Source of the DNA: an uncultured Poribacteria bacterium
GTDB lineage: Bacteria; Poribacteria; WGA-4E; WGA-3G
Assembly (NCBI GenBank): GCA_951813565.1
Contig: OX638351.1
Span: forward strand, 4,896,001-4,960,000
Direction: 5' to 3'
Length of the DNA: 64,000 bases
The notes under the pieces were generated by a model that worked only from the letters and a program-made list of their open reading frames with translations, was not told the origin of the DNA and searched no databases. This document shows positions 1 to 9,297 of this stretch, one piece after another (within the stretch, counting starts at the first letter, position 1; every line of letters starts with the position of its first letter). The translations under genes and the position numbers were made by a program.

Positions 1-1121
1 AATTCAGCATTTGGACATGATAATAAACGTATGAGGTAGGGATATTTCTCAGCGACGTGTGCCATGCCCGGTTCCTCCGAAAGCGGAGAACGATAACCGA
101 TAGAACACGGTATCCCTTCAGCAGATAGGGCGTTGACAAATTCCTGTCGCGATTTTCCTCCAAAACCTTCTGGGTTATACTTCATGCAATAAAGGTGATA
201 TCCGTGTTTTGTAACCCATGGGGCAAGTTCAGGAGGTGTGATACCGGGTATGGTTTCTAATGCGTTGGAAAGACAGACAGCATTCTTGTTGCGTAGGTCA
301 GTTTGTGCCTCCAGCAGTTCTAATCTCACCGACAGTATCGCTGCAAGGTATTCAGAAGGACGGTAATTCCATCCAAGTCGAGGATATTCCCATCTTGCAC
401 CGCCGGGTGCACGGCCAACATTCATAAAGGCACAAACCCTGTCGTGAATATCTTTGTCGTTTGTGGTAACCATACCACCTTCACCCGAAGTAAGATTTTT
501 GGATGCTTGAAAACTAAATGCACCAACATCGCTAAGACTACCCACTTTTTTTGTCTGGTATTCTGCACCATGTGCCTGCGCACAGTCCTCAATAATTTTG
601 AGTTGATGACGTTGGGCAATTTCCTGTAACGCCCCCATATCTGCTGGATGACCACCGAGATGAACAGGAAGGATCGCGCGGGTTTCTGGTCGAATTGCAG
701 CCGCTACCGCTTCGGGATCAATTGTATATGTATTTGGGCAAACATCTACAAATGCTACGGTGCAGTTACGTTCTAAGACTGCACTTGCAGTCGCTACAAA
801 TGTATAGTTCGGGACGATGACCTCTCCACCATCGCTGAACCCATCAAGATCAAGTGCTCCAGCTAAAGCAGCACTGATAGAATCTGTCCCGTGTGGCATA
901 AAAAGGGCATAATTTGTCCCAGAATACTGGGCATACTGCTCACAAAAACGCGGGATCATTGTCCCACCGCTACCTTCGTTACCACTCATATAGACATCGT
1001 GAAGTAATGGCTCTATCTTAGATTCCCACTCATCAGATGTCCGTATTGGCCAGGACGGCCACGGGTGGGTTTGTGTATTTCGGACAGGTGTTCCACCAGA
1101 TACTGCTAATTGATTGGACAT
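1..1121 (-). CDS. DegT/DnrJ/EryC1/StrS family PLP-dependent aminotransferase; 3' end runs off the window
   Basis: Manual translation from the ATG at 1121 (MSNQLAVSGGTPVR...) gives EVIVPNYTFVATASAV, ILPVHLGGHPADM, IIEDCAQAHGA and FSFQASKNLTSGEGG (PLP lysine). Absent from the ORF track because it has no stop in the window. Confidence 0.92.
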   Translation of the reverse strand, partial: MSNQLAVSGGTPVRNTQTHPWPSWPIRTSDEWESKIEPLLHDVYMSGNEGSGGTMIPRFCEQYAQYSGTNYALFMPHGTDSISAALAGALDLDGFSDGGEVIVPNYTFVATASAVLERNCTVAFVDVCPNTYTIDPEAVAAAIRPETRAILPVHLGGHPADMGALQEIAQRHQLKIIEDCAQAHGAEYQTKKVGSLSDVGAFSFQASKNLTSGEGGMVTTNDKDIHDRVCAFMNVGRAPGGARWEYPRLGWNYRPSEYLAAILSVRLELLEAQTDLRNKNAVCLSNALETIPGITPPELAPWVTKHGYHLYCMKYNPEGFGGKSRQEFVNALSAEGIPCSIGYRSPLSEEPGMAHVAEKYPYLIRLLSCPNAE

Positions 1122-1260
1122 GTAAACTCCAATTTTTCGGCTGTATAAAAATGTTTAGTTTCGTGGAAGTATTGAGCGTTAGCAATTAGGAAATGTAAAC
1201 TGCTTTTGCCGATGATATTCCTCACTTGTCTCAGTAGGAATTAGAGATTCCGAATAACAA

Positions 1261-1998
1261 CTATCTGTCGGATGGAATTATGTTTCCCTCTTCATCTAAA
1301 TACACAACTTCCCATCCCTCTGGTTCTATCCCTTTATTCTTTAGGTCAGCTTCCTGTTTCTTAGAAAGTTCTGGGCCTATAACAGATATAATTTCTCCAT
1401 TCTCCGATCTTGTTTTAGTACTTACCTGACGAATCGACAATCCATTTTCCGTTTTCTGTACGTACATCCTTCCCGGAATAGAAGGTAATGCTTTTCCATT
1501 TACCACAAACCAGTCATTAATTCCTGGATAGGTGCGTTTTGCCTCATTGGTAACCTGATGCTTAACGCGATGCTTTTGTAGCATTGAGTCTATGTGTGTA
1601 TCTTTAGCGATTTCGAAATCATCTTCAGAATGAAATTCCTTCATAATGAGATCCACACGTAAATTGAGTAATCTATCATAATCCTTAAATTTTTCTATTG
1701 TGAAACCTTTATTTATGAGCATCTGAATCCACTCTTGGCGTGGGTATTTCGCATCCATACTTTTCAATGTAATCTCAATCCTACGTTTTTCACCGAAAGA
1801 TGTTTCCATACCAGTAGCCCACTTAGCACTTGAAGCGCGGGAAGTGTATCTTTTATCAAACGCTTTCATAAGAGCATCAACGGTTTGAGGACCGGTATAA
1901 CTATCTGTCTCCACATCATAATAAGTTATCCCTTGACATCCGACTATGGTAATTCCGACAATGAACAAAAGTAAAACATTCAAGACAATAGGTTTCAT
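1261..1998 (-). CDS. Hypothetical lipoprotein
   Basis: 245-aa ORF with signal peptide and lipobox (IVGC), and an AGGAG RBS upstream. Confidence 0.75.
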   Translation of the reverse strand: MKPIVLNVLLLFIVGITIVGCQGITYYDVETDSYTGPQTVDALMKAFDKRYTSRASSAKWATGMETSFGEKRRIEITLKSMDAKYPRQEWIQMLINKGFTIEKFKDYDRLLNLRVDLIMKEFHSEDDFEIAKDTHIDSMLQKHRVKHQVTNEAKRTYPGINDWFVVNGKALPSIPGRMYVQKTENGLSIRQVSTKTRSENGEIISVIGPELSKKQEADLKNKGIEPEGWEVVYLDEEGNIIPSDR

Positions 1999-2167
1999 GA
2001 TTATTCTCCTTGATTGAACAAATCTTTGTAATCTTTTCTTTAAGATAGAAAATTATTCTCTGTTAGATTATATTCTCATGTAATGTTTGATAGGTTTAAT
2101 CGTAAATCGCTATTGTTTAACCCATAGCCTACCCTAATATAGAAAATATTGCAAGAAAAAAGACTAT

Positions 2168-2196
2168 TTGACAATCGCAGAATTAGGGTATACAAT
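2168..2196 (+). promoter_or_regulatory. Sigma70-type promoter
   Basis: TTGACA-17 bp-TACAAT upstream of the Cache-domain gene. Confidence 0.65.
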
Positions 2197-2255
2197 TAAA
2201 GGGTATAAATGTTTTTATAGCAATAAATTGCTTTTAACAAATAAGGAGTTACAAA

Positions 2256-2819
2256 TTGAAGAATTTTTTGATCATGCTGCTTATGTTAGGATTTGCAGCT
2301 ATTAGCATTACCGGGTGTGAAAAGAAAATGGTGGATTCCATGATGGATGCTGCTAAACCATCAGAGACACCAACAAAGGATAATCCTGAGGCGTATACAG
2401 TTGCCTTAGTACAAGCGGCAATTGATCTCTACAAAACAGAAGGCCTCGATGCAGTTATAGCTTACCACAATGATCCCGCCAATATTGATGGTCAGCGGTA
2501 TGTGTTCATTACAGATGAAAACGATAACTTTCTCGCACACGCGCCAATGCCAGAATTGATTGGTACAGATCTTAAAGATGTCAAATGGCTTGAAGAGGAT
2601 GTTGAACGTCATGATGGATCTACTTTGGGGGCAAAAATAGCCGAGGCAACTGCAACAGGGGCATGGATTGACTACTTATGGCCCAATCCGGTAAGTGGCG
2701 AAAATGAACAGAAACGCACTTGGGCGATTCGACACGGTGGATACCTTTTCGGTTCAGGATATTATGTGCCGATAGAGGACGATTCTGAAGAGCAAGCCTC
2801 AGAAACAGTAGAAAATTAA
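2256..2819 (+). CDS. Lipoprotein with a single Cache sensor domain
   Basis: Lipobox ITGC; Cache-like motifs YVFITD..FLAH..PELIG and GAWIDYLWPNPVSGENEQKRTWAIRHGGYLFGSGYY; TTG start after AAGGAG. Confidence 0.8.
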   Translation: MKNFLIMLLMLGFAAISITGCEKKMVDSMMDAAKPSETPTKDNPEAYTVALVQAAIDLYKTEGLDAVIAYHNDPANIDGQRYVFITDENDNFLAHAPMPELIGTDLKDVKWLEEDVERHDGSTLGAKIAEATATGAWIDYLWPNPVSGENEQKRTWAIRHGGYLFGSGYYVPIEDDSEEQASETVEN

Positions 2820-2827
2820 AATAATAC

Positions 2828-2979
2828 ATGGCGAGGAATTTTCCTCGCCATTCCTACAAATTTACCATCCACACAATTGGCGTGTCTACTTTTAATTGTG
2901 AATCGCCACAGTCGTCGGGAATCGGAGTTCCCTCCTACAACACTTAACATTTCTGTAGGAGCGATCCCCGAATCGCGAC
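2828..2979. repeat. Cluster of GTAG-type REP-like hairpins between convergent genes
   Basis: Hairpin ATGGCGAGGAA-TT-TTCCTCGCCAT followed by TCCTAC; GTAGGAGCGATCCCCGAATCGCGAC and GGGAATCGGAGTTCCCTCCTAC units, with related units near 44414-44478 and 49100-49163. Confidence 0.75.
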
Positions 2980-3037
2980 ATTTACCCAAATACGAATGGA
3001 TACAGCACGATTGGGGCATTCTCCAGCACCAATTCAT

Positions 3038-4105
3038 TTACTTTCCACTGATAAGCGTCCGTATCGCATCCACTGCCTTTTCCGTATCTTGGAGTGATGT
3101 GTTTGTATTGCCACTTGATGCAAGTGCTTCGTCAATTTGCTGTGATAGTTCACTGAGTGAACATCGCCTCACAATTGAATTTTGTTCCATATACGCATAG
3201 ACTTTATACCGCTTCGGTTGTCTCCGACTTTTTCGTGAAAGTGTCAGAACGATAACTTTACATCCGCTACTTGCTGCTTCACATACCATTGAAAAACTAT
3301 CTGCTGTAACAATAAGTAGGTCGCTTAGAGCAAGAATAACTTGATACGGGTCATCAAGTTCTGAAGATGCGTTTGGCTCAATGAAGATCGGGCACCAGTC
3401 CGCGGATTTCAGCGTTGATGCTAAATGTGCTGTCACATCTGAAGGTGTTCTACGAGAGGTCGTCACCAAAATCTGCACTTTCATTTTCTTGGTAACTGCC
3501 TTGCATATCTCGCATAGATGCTTAGCGTCTGCTATAGTGATAGTCTCGTGTTTGTCCGTCCCACCGACGAGTATACCGATGCGCGGGCAGGCTGGCAGAT
3601 TGAGTTTTTGCTCCAACGCTGTTCGTTCGGCATTTAGTGTATCTGGAGAAATAGGGTTTGGTACACCGATCGTTTTGCAGGCATTCCCTCTGCCTTTACC
3701 ACTCTCCCACGAAAGCATCGGGAGAATTGCGAGATCAAAATAACGGATACCTATAGGCGAAGGTCTACGACAGGTAACCGTTTTGGCATTAAGGATTTTA
3801 CCGAGGAGTAAATTAACTGCAGCTACAGATGATCCAGTAGAAAGAACTATGTCTACATCTTGGATTTGTAAAACGGAGTTATAGGTGGATGGGGTAAGGC
3901 TTGACCGGAGGAGTGTGTGGATAAACGAAACAGATAATGGAATACCTCCGAAAATACAGATAAAAATTCGTAGCAGATTATCGCGCCATTTAGCACGGAA
4001 TTGTATCTCAAGCCATTCCATTTGGCATTCAGGCATTTTTTGCACAATGCCCAAAGATTGTTTGTAATGCCCTGGTTTAGTGTCACTTAAGATAACAACT
4101 TTCAT
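3038..4105 (-). CDS. ELM1-like (mitochondrial fission ELM1 family) putative glycosyltransferase-fold protein
   Basis: N-terminal LSDTKPGHYKQSLG, plus LVGG, LVTTSRRTP and VTADSFSMVCEAASSG motifs typical of the family. Confidence 0.8.
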   Translation of the reverse strand: MKVVILSDTKPGHYKQSLGIVQKMPECQMEWLEIQFRAKWRDNLLRIFICIFGGIPLSVSFIHTLLRSSLTPSTYNSVLQIQDVDIVLSTGSSVAAVNLLLGKILNAKTVTCRRPSPIGIRYFDLAILPMLSWESGKGRGNACKTIGVPNPISPDTLNAERTALEQKLNLPACPRIGILVGGTDKHETITIADAKHLCEICKAVTKKMKVQILVTTSRRTPSDVTAHLASTLKSADWCPIFIEPNASSELDDPYQVILALSDLLIVTADSFSMVCEAASSGCKVIVLTLSRKSRRQPKRYKVYAYMEQNSIVRRCSLSELSQQIDEALASSGNTNTSLQDTEKAVDAIRTLISGK

Positions 4106-4854
4106 TTTAATTTATATTCAATCAACTCTGACACACCGCGTTCATCTTCGATTTTGACAATACCAACATGAGGAACGAACCAAATTGTTTGGTCACGTAC
4201 GGTTGACTCCTCATTAGACAAAACAGTTTGCAAGATTTTTGTATGATATATGACTTGAAATGCGTTCTCAAACCGACCTGCAGGTGTTTCAATAGAACCT
4301 TTGCTAATTACCTCACCTTTGATATTGAAATGCATCTCAAAAGGAAATTGAAGGAGAGTTAGGTTTTGTAACATAATGTTTCCATTTACCTTTATATTGA
4401 AAGCATCCCATTGGGAATTGGAAATTAAAGGTATTTGGAAGAAGAGGAGTTCGGGAAAAGAAGTTGGCTCAATTGACACATTTACGTTCAAGCCTTGAAA
4501 TTCATCCTTTACTGAGGTAAGGAGATCGGTTTGGATATAGCGGTCTATCTTTTCGCCAACATTGAAAAAGATTTGATTTTGACTATCTCGGAAGGATGTC
4601 GGACTTAGGAAATCAAATTCTGTTTCTGCAATTGAAGGATTGTAGGTAAAGGTCAGATAATCTCTGTCTTGAGAGTCGTTTCCATCTGTAATTTCCCGTG
4701 ACCATTTGGATCCGTTAGCGTTTCGATAGACCCATCTGTTTCCAACAGCGTCGGGGAAATAGTTCGGTTCTGTTTCAGCAGGTTCCAGTATTTCATCAGA
4801 ACCGCACGCAAAAAGCAACAAGACACTGCAGAGAGTTAAAAATAATGCTCGCAT
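4102..4854 (-). CDS. Hypothetical lipoprotein
   Basis: Lipobox LFAC; YFPDAVGNRWVY, IETPAGRFENA and WFVPHVGIVK motifs; 4-bp overlap with the downstream gene. Confidence 0.8.
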   Translation of the reverse strand: MRALFLTLCSVLLLFACGSDEILEPAETEPNYFPDAVGNRWVYRNANGSKWSREITDGNDSQDRDYLTFTYNPSIAETEFDFLSPTSFRDSQNQIFFNVGEKIDRYIQTDLLTSVKDEFQGLNVNVSIEPTSFPELLFFQIPLISNSQWDAFNIKVNGNIMLQNLTLLQFPFEMHFNIKGEVISKGSIETPAGRFENAFQVIYHTKILQTVLSNEESTVRDQTIWFVPHVGIVKIEDERGVSELIEYKLK

Positions 4855-4909
4855 TTCATTTGAGATTCTACAGTGTACTTAAAATGTTGTCCAGAAGAAA
4901 ATATAATGA

Positions 4910-4932
4910 AAGGCGCGAGAAAATCGCGCCTT
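4910..4932 (-). terminator. Hairpin, possible intrinsic terminator
   Basis: AAGGCGCGA-GAAAA-TCGCGCCTT just downstream of the stop at 4948. Confidence 0.45.
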
Positions 4933-4947
4933 CTACCTGCTGCATTG

Positions 4948-5417
4948 TTATTCTGCAGACTCTTCATTTAATGCTTTCACAACCATGCTCTCTAACTTTT
5001 CACCTCTTGCACTATTAGAGATTAATTTGCCCTCTTTGTCAATAAGCCACATATTGGGAATAGAATAAATACCATACTGTCGTGAAACAGGACTATCCCA
5101 TCCTTCTCCACTGAAAACTTGACGCCACGGTATGTCATTCTCCTTGAGAAAATCACGGAGGCTCGTTTCGTCATTGTCAAGACTGATTCCGATAATATCA
5201 AACCCTTTGTCCTTATACTTTTCGTAAACTTTCTTGACGTTGGGCATTTCCGCGATGCACGGCCCACACCACACTGCCCAGAAATCCACTAATACGACTT
5301 TCCCACGATATGCCTCAATGGAAATAGGTTTACCGTCAAGATCCGTTGCCGAAAAATCGGGAACCATCTCGCCAAGGAACGCCAACCCCGGTACATACTT
5401 TTTCCGGTATTCCAATG
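4948..5417 (-). pseudogene. 3' half (TlpA/redoxin domain, WCGPC) of a gene split by the IS element at 5418-6781
   Basis: PDFSATDLDGKPIS..GKVVLVDFWAVWCGPC; joins in frame to 6782-7628 when the IS is removed. Confidence 0.85.
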
Positions 5418-5560
5418 GTCATAGGTACCCACTACCTAAAGGTAGGGGCTTGTGCTTCCTTGCGACTGCGGTTTTCTCAGAGAGTTGACCGTCTTATTGT
5501 CGCTCCACTTTAGGCAGCCAAGCCTGCCCGTTTGATATTGATAGCAGCGTTGGTGTCTCT
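5418..5560 (-). ncRNA. Predicted TnpB omega/reRNA scaffold; 5' boundary uncertain
   Basis: Inferred from established TnpB biology (the RNA spans the tnpB 3' end to the right end); the right-end hairpin is visible. Not folded computationally. Confidence 0.5.
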
Positions 5561-6622
5561 GTCGTGGTGTGACCCACATTCGGGACATGTCCACTGCCTA
5601 TCAGAAAGAGAGAGTTCTTTGTTATGGTATCCACAATCACTACAAGGTTTTGTTGTTGCTATCCATTGAGAGATTCGCACAAGTTTTTTGCCGTGCTTCG
5701 CACACTTCTGTTCCAATATCTGAAGAAACTGGTAGAAAGAATGGTCAGAAACTTTACGTCCCCATAATCGTTTCATACCGTCAAGGTTCAGCGTTTCCAA
5801 AATGAGTGTGTCAAACTCTACACAAAGTTTTGAGGCAAGTTTCCATTGCCAATCTTCTCTTTGTCGTGCCACTTTTCTGTGTTGCCTTGCTAAAGCACGG
5901 CACGCACGATAATAGTTGTTAGAACCTTTGACTTTACGACTGAGTGCTTTGTTGAGAGATCGCAACGTGTTGAGTGATTGTTTGAAAAACTGCGGGGATT
6001 CTATTGTGTCCCCTTCGTCGCTTGTTAGGAATGTTTTGTTTCCGTAATCAAATCCTGCGCTCTTACCTGTCTTGGGTTTGGGTTCGGGATCGTCAACATT
6101 CTCGCACGAAAAGCATATCCAATAGTCACCGCACCTGTCACGTTTGATGGTGATCGTCTTGATGACACCTTTGATTTCACGGTGTTTGTGAAACGAAAAC
6201 CATGTATCTATACAGTTGATTTTGATACGATTATCTTCAAGTTTGTAGCCCGCTTGTGTGAAGGTCATGGAGTTGTATTTGTGTCTCGGTTTGATTTTCG
6301 GTCTACCCACTTTACGCGTTGTTTTACCTGATTTGCGGCTTGCTATATTTTGGAAAAATGCGTCTTGTGATTTACCATAACGTAGGACAACGTCTTGCAC
6401 AACTTGACTCGGCAAGGCTGCCCAATGCGGTTTAGTTGTCTTTTTAAGTTTTGTGACGTGTGCCTTCAGACGATACGCAGACAAATTTTTGCCGAACATG
6501 CGATAATACCTACGTGCCAAACGCATGATATGCACATGGATTTCCCACATATCATCAAGCATATTACCAAGTTTGATTGTGTTAGATTGGTGTTGAAGTT
6601 TGAACTTGTGAGATTTTCTCAT
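5510..6622 (-). CDS. tnpB: RNA-guided endonuclease TnpB
   Basis: 370 aa; RuvC-I GFDYG, RuvC-II ILETLN, zinc finger CSDC/CPEC, RuvC-III DRDTNAAINI. Confidence 0.95.
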   Translation of the reverse strand: MRKSHKFKLQHQSNTIKLGNMLDDMWEIHVHIMRLARRYYRMFGKNLSAYRLKAHVTKLKKTTKPHWAALPSQVVQDVVLRYGKSQDAFFQNIASRKSGKTTRKVGRPKIKPRHKYNSMTFTQAGYKLEDNRIKINCIDTWFSFHKHREIKGVIKTITIKRDRCGDYWICFSCENVDDPEPKPKTGKSAGFDYGNKTFLTSDEGDTIESPQFFKQSLNTLRSLNKALSRKVKGSNNYYRACRALARQHRKVARQREDWQWKLASKLCVEFDTLILETLNLDGMKRLWGRKVSDHSFYQFLQILEQKCAKHGKKLVRISQWIATTKPCSDCGYHNKELSLSDRQWTCPECGSHHDRDTNAAINIKRAGLAA

Positions 6623-6672
6623 TGTCCACTTTGACCTTCAATATAGTCTTTTATCACTTCAAGAGCTACAAT
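6619..6672 (-). pseudogene. tnpA: C-terminal remnant of the Y1 transposase TnpA
   Basis: Translates IVALEVIKDYIEGQSGQ* (YIxxQ catalytic helix); its TGA overlaps the tnpB ATG (ATGA). Confidence 0.7.
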
Positions 6673-6781
6673 ATAGTATGATATATTATACCACATTGTG
6701 ATTAGATTGAAAGTATATTTTAAATCAAAACTTTCGCCGTCTACATCCCCTACCTAAAGGCAGGGGGTTTGACGGGGAGTG

Positions 6782-7628
6782 CTAATTCATCATTCCCGCG
6801 TTGTTTGTGAATCTTCTCAAGTCTTTCTAAAACAACGCGGTTTTTTGGCATCTGTTTTTCAAGCTCTTCATATAGTTGAAGTTCTTCATCATGCCGATTC
6901 ATCGCCCTAAGCATATCTCCAACGTACGAATAATGGTATGCGTTGTTAGTATCCATGACCGTTTTGAAACGGTCTATAAGATTTTCAGCCTCTTCCTTTC
7001 GTTCTGCCTTCATATAGAGTTTAAAAAGTGTAAGATATGCGCTAAAGAAACGCCCATTGTCCGGCATTTTCTGCAATCCATCTTCCAACGCATCAATGGC
7101 TGCTTCAACGCTACCATAAATTTTAACCAGTGAATTCTGCCACGAATAGGGTACTTGATACACTTTATTCCCGAAACTCAAGCTTAAGGTGTTTGCAATT
7201 GTTCTTTCATTATGATGTAAACAACGTACAAGTGGTGTGACATCACCGAACAGTATTTGAGATTCCATGGTACTTTTTCGAAACTTTGGAGCTAACTGGT
7301 AATCGTAACTTATTGCATTTTTTGGATCTTTGGTATATGGGTGTATTGCTTCACCATCTTTCTTATCTGCAGGACAAATCAAGATACCTTTATCCACCAT
7401 GTGTTTAGGAAGAAGTTCCGAGAGCCACTCTGGATAATCTCCGTGTTTTTCATGATAGGTTTGAATTGCCCTTCCAATTTCTTGGAGATTATGTGTGCAA
7501 ATTTCAATATTCTTAGCATTCTGTTCTGCAGCGAGATCATTGCTCGCTTTCTTTTTAGATGTCTCTTCTGCATAAACAGAAGTAATCAACAAACTCAACA
7601 CGATTCCTAAGGCTATAATAACTCTCAT
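6782..7628 (-). pseudogene. 5' half of the IS-interrupted gene: signal peptide, DUF1559-like segment and TPR-like helices
   Basis: ATG at 7628 after GGAG; CTHNLQEIGRAIQTYHEKHGDYP motif; the frame runs into the IS left end and stops at 6750. Confidence 0.8.
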
Positions 7629-7820
7629 TTGATGTCTCCATAATTTGTGTGAAGAATTTAAACTCATTATAATGAACTTTAGTTTATAACGTGAATTTGA
7701 TAAGAGAAATGGTATTGTGTGATAGTAAAGAACCTTTTGAAATAGTGAAATAACCAAACCTGTTATAAAATAACTTGAGGTCGGTGTAAGAGATATGAAG
7801 TGCTTAATACTTGAATCTTA

Positions 7821-7959
7821 TACCATTTCTATAAAATAACATACCTTTTGCTGATTCGTAGTCGCGCAATTTATTGCCAAATCAACGCAGCATGCGCTTG
7901 TGGCATGCTGCGCCTCGGACATTCTAATTCGAAAGGGAAATTCATTTATAGAATTGGTA
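7821..7959. mobile_element. MITE, TACCA-end family, TTA target duplication
   Basis: TTA|TACCATTTCTATAAAAT...ATTTATAGAATTGGTA|TTA; contains a REP-like unit carrying a 34-bp hairpin insert. Confidence 0.7.
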
Positions 7960-8194
7960 TTACTCTCATAACCGCACTCTGTAGCACAAACTGTATGAAG
8001 ATTAACTTATTCTTTCGGTAATTTTCTGTCCGCACGAGGCAGGTGTACCCACCTGCTGGCGAGGTTTCCTAACCTCGCTAAATTACCGATTTATTTTTTT
8101 AAACTTCATTTAGTTTGTGTCGTATTTGCGCAAACTGAAAGTTTACGCTACAGTAGTGTAAAGATAATTACAGGTTTTACTATAAATAACCTAA

Positions 8195-8528
8195 TACCAC
8201 ATTAACTTGATTCATATTTATGGAGCAGTTAGGAAAACGTACCTTATGCGTCAATTTAAGGATATACCCTCTTGTGGGAGGGGTTTTCAACCCCGATTTT
8301 CTTCTGTAGGAGCGACCTCCCGGTCGCGAGCTGGAGCTCGTTCCTACAGAATGTCCGAGGCGACAAGTCATGGCGAATACCACGCGTATTCGCCCAAGTG
8401 CGCTTGGCGTTGATTTGGCAATGAATTGCACGACTACAAACGCTTTTTTTCTTAAATTGACAGTTATGGAGCGGTTAGGAAACCGCACCTACCGTCCGGA
8501 AAATGCGATAAATCCCGTTAATTTGGTA
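8195..8528. mobile_element. MITE, TACCA-end family, TAA target duplication; near-identical copy at 35421-35857
   Basis: TAA|TACCACATTAAC...GTTAATTTGGTA|TAA. Confidence 0.8.
8243..8468. mobile_element. MITE, CATAGGTGTCAATTTA family, 20-bp target duplication
   Basis: TIRs ..GTCAATTTAAG / CTTAAATTGAC..; flanks GAGCAGTTAGGAAAACGTAC and GAGCGGTTAGGAAACCGCAC. Confidence 0.75.
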
Positions 8529-8700
8529 TAAGTTGCTACGGACAAGATTTCAAGCTTGCAGACATTGCTTTTTACTGAAAAACAAGGATTTCCAGCTAAT
8601 TCTTATGCTTTCTTTTCTAAATCGGGGTTAGAAACCCCTCCTACAAGAGCATTCGCGATATAGGTAGCAACTTGGGTTATAAATACACAGCATCAACACA

Positions 8701-8728
8701 AAAAGCACCAGTCTTCACTGATGCTTTT
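8701..8728. terminator. Intrinsic terminator-like hairpin
   Basis: AAAAGCACCAGT-CTTC-ACTGATGCTTTT, with a T run on either strand. Confidence 0.6.
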
Positions 8729-8782
8729 AATAACTTAAATCCTATATTGAACTCTCTTTCTTGTTCTATCTACATCTGATTT

Positions 8783-8940
8783 TTAGGCAAATCCGATATA
8801 ACGAGCAATATAGAAAAAGCGAAATAGCAATCGAGTGGATTCACCTCTTTTCTGTGTCCAGTAACTATCTTTTGAAACGAGATAGAGATGAATTGAAATG
8901 TGATACCATCAGTGATATTGAAGGTGAGTAACATCATCAC
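8783..8940 (-). pseudogene. Decayed duplicate of the last ~52 codons of the NCS2 permease gene
   Basis: Translates VMMLLTFNITDGITFQFISISFQKIVTGHRKEVNPLDCYFA.. versus the intact VMMPLSFSITEGIAFGFISISFLKIVTGRHKELNPLVHYFA; frameshifted near the end. Confidence 0.8.
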
Positions 8941-9203
8941 GTCACTCTTATGGTAATTTCCAATTCGTTACTATCCTTGATATTATCAGGGGTAACTTGT
9001 GTCATTATAGTCAACGGCATATCCAATATTCTTAGGACATGCCGCATCATATAATGAATATCGCCTTTTGTAACACCAGAGAGAAATAGGACTTCACAAT
9101 AATTTTCATTCGTAAGTCTGTGCATTTGTTTGACAAGTGACTTCGTGACCCGATCCAATCCATCTTTTTTGATTGGATCAGGTCCTATTATAATCCGGAT
9201 CAT
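8937..9203 (-). CDS. Hypothetical protein (88 aa)
   Basis: ORF with an AGGAGAG RBS; no recognised motif. Confidence 0.6.
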   Translation of the reverse strand: MIRIIIGPDPIKKDGLDRVTKSLVKQMHRLTNENYCEVLFLSGVTKGDIHYMMRHVLRILDMPLTIMTQVTPDNIKDSNELEITIRVT

Positions 9204-9297
9204 ATAGATTAAACTCTCCTCACATTTTTATCCTGTGCGCGTGCTTTCGCTCCTGTGGAGCGGCATACTACCCATCACACATAAATACCTTCTCGAA

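Larger units (their letters stand above)
5418..6781 (-). mobile_element. Non-autonomous IS200/IS605-family element (tnpB plus tnpA remnant), 1364 bp
   Basis: Subterminal hairpins CCCCTGCC-TTTA-GGTAGGGG (left end) and CCCCTACC-TTTA-GGTAGTGGG (right end); no TSD; excision restores GAA TTA GCA TTG GAA TAC. Boundary ambiguous by 2 nt (CA). Confidence 0.9.
8187..8679. mobile_element. Nested MITE complex; the outer element belongs to the 156-bp TAACCYAAGTTGCTAC family
   Basis: Left TIR TAACCTAAGTTGCTAC is split by the 8195-8528 element; right TIR GTAGCAACTTGGGTTA; flanked by TAAA on both sides; homologous to 11535-11690 and 44591-44747. Confidence 0.8.

Noticed and set aside
5418..6781. IStron or Cas12 locus
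   Set aside because: Only about 110 bp lie between the left end and the tnpA remnant, too little for a group I intron, and there is no CRISPR array.
8180..8488. ORFs at 8180-8488, 35433-35817, 48919-49128 and 50305-50723
   Set aside because: They lie largely or wholly in MITE/REP sequence, and their shared peptides simply reflect the repeats.
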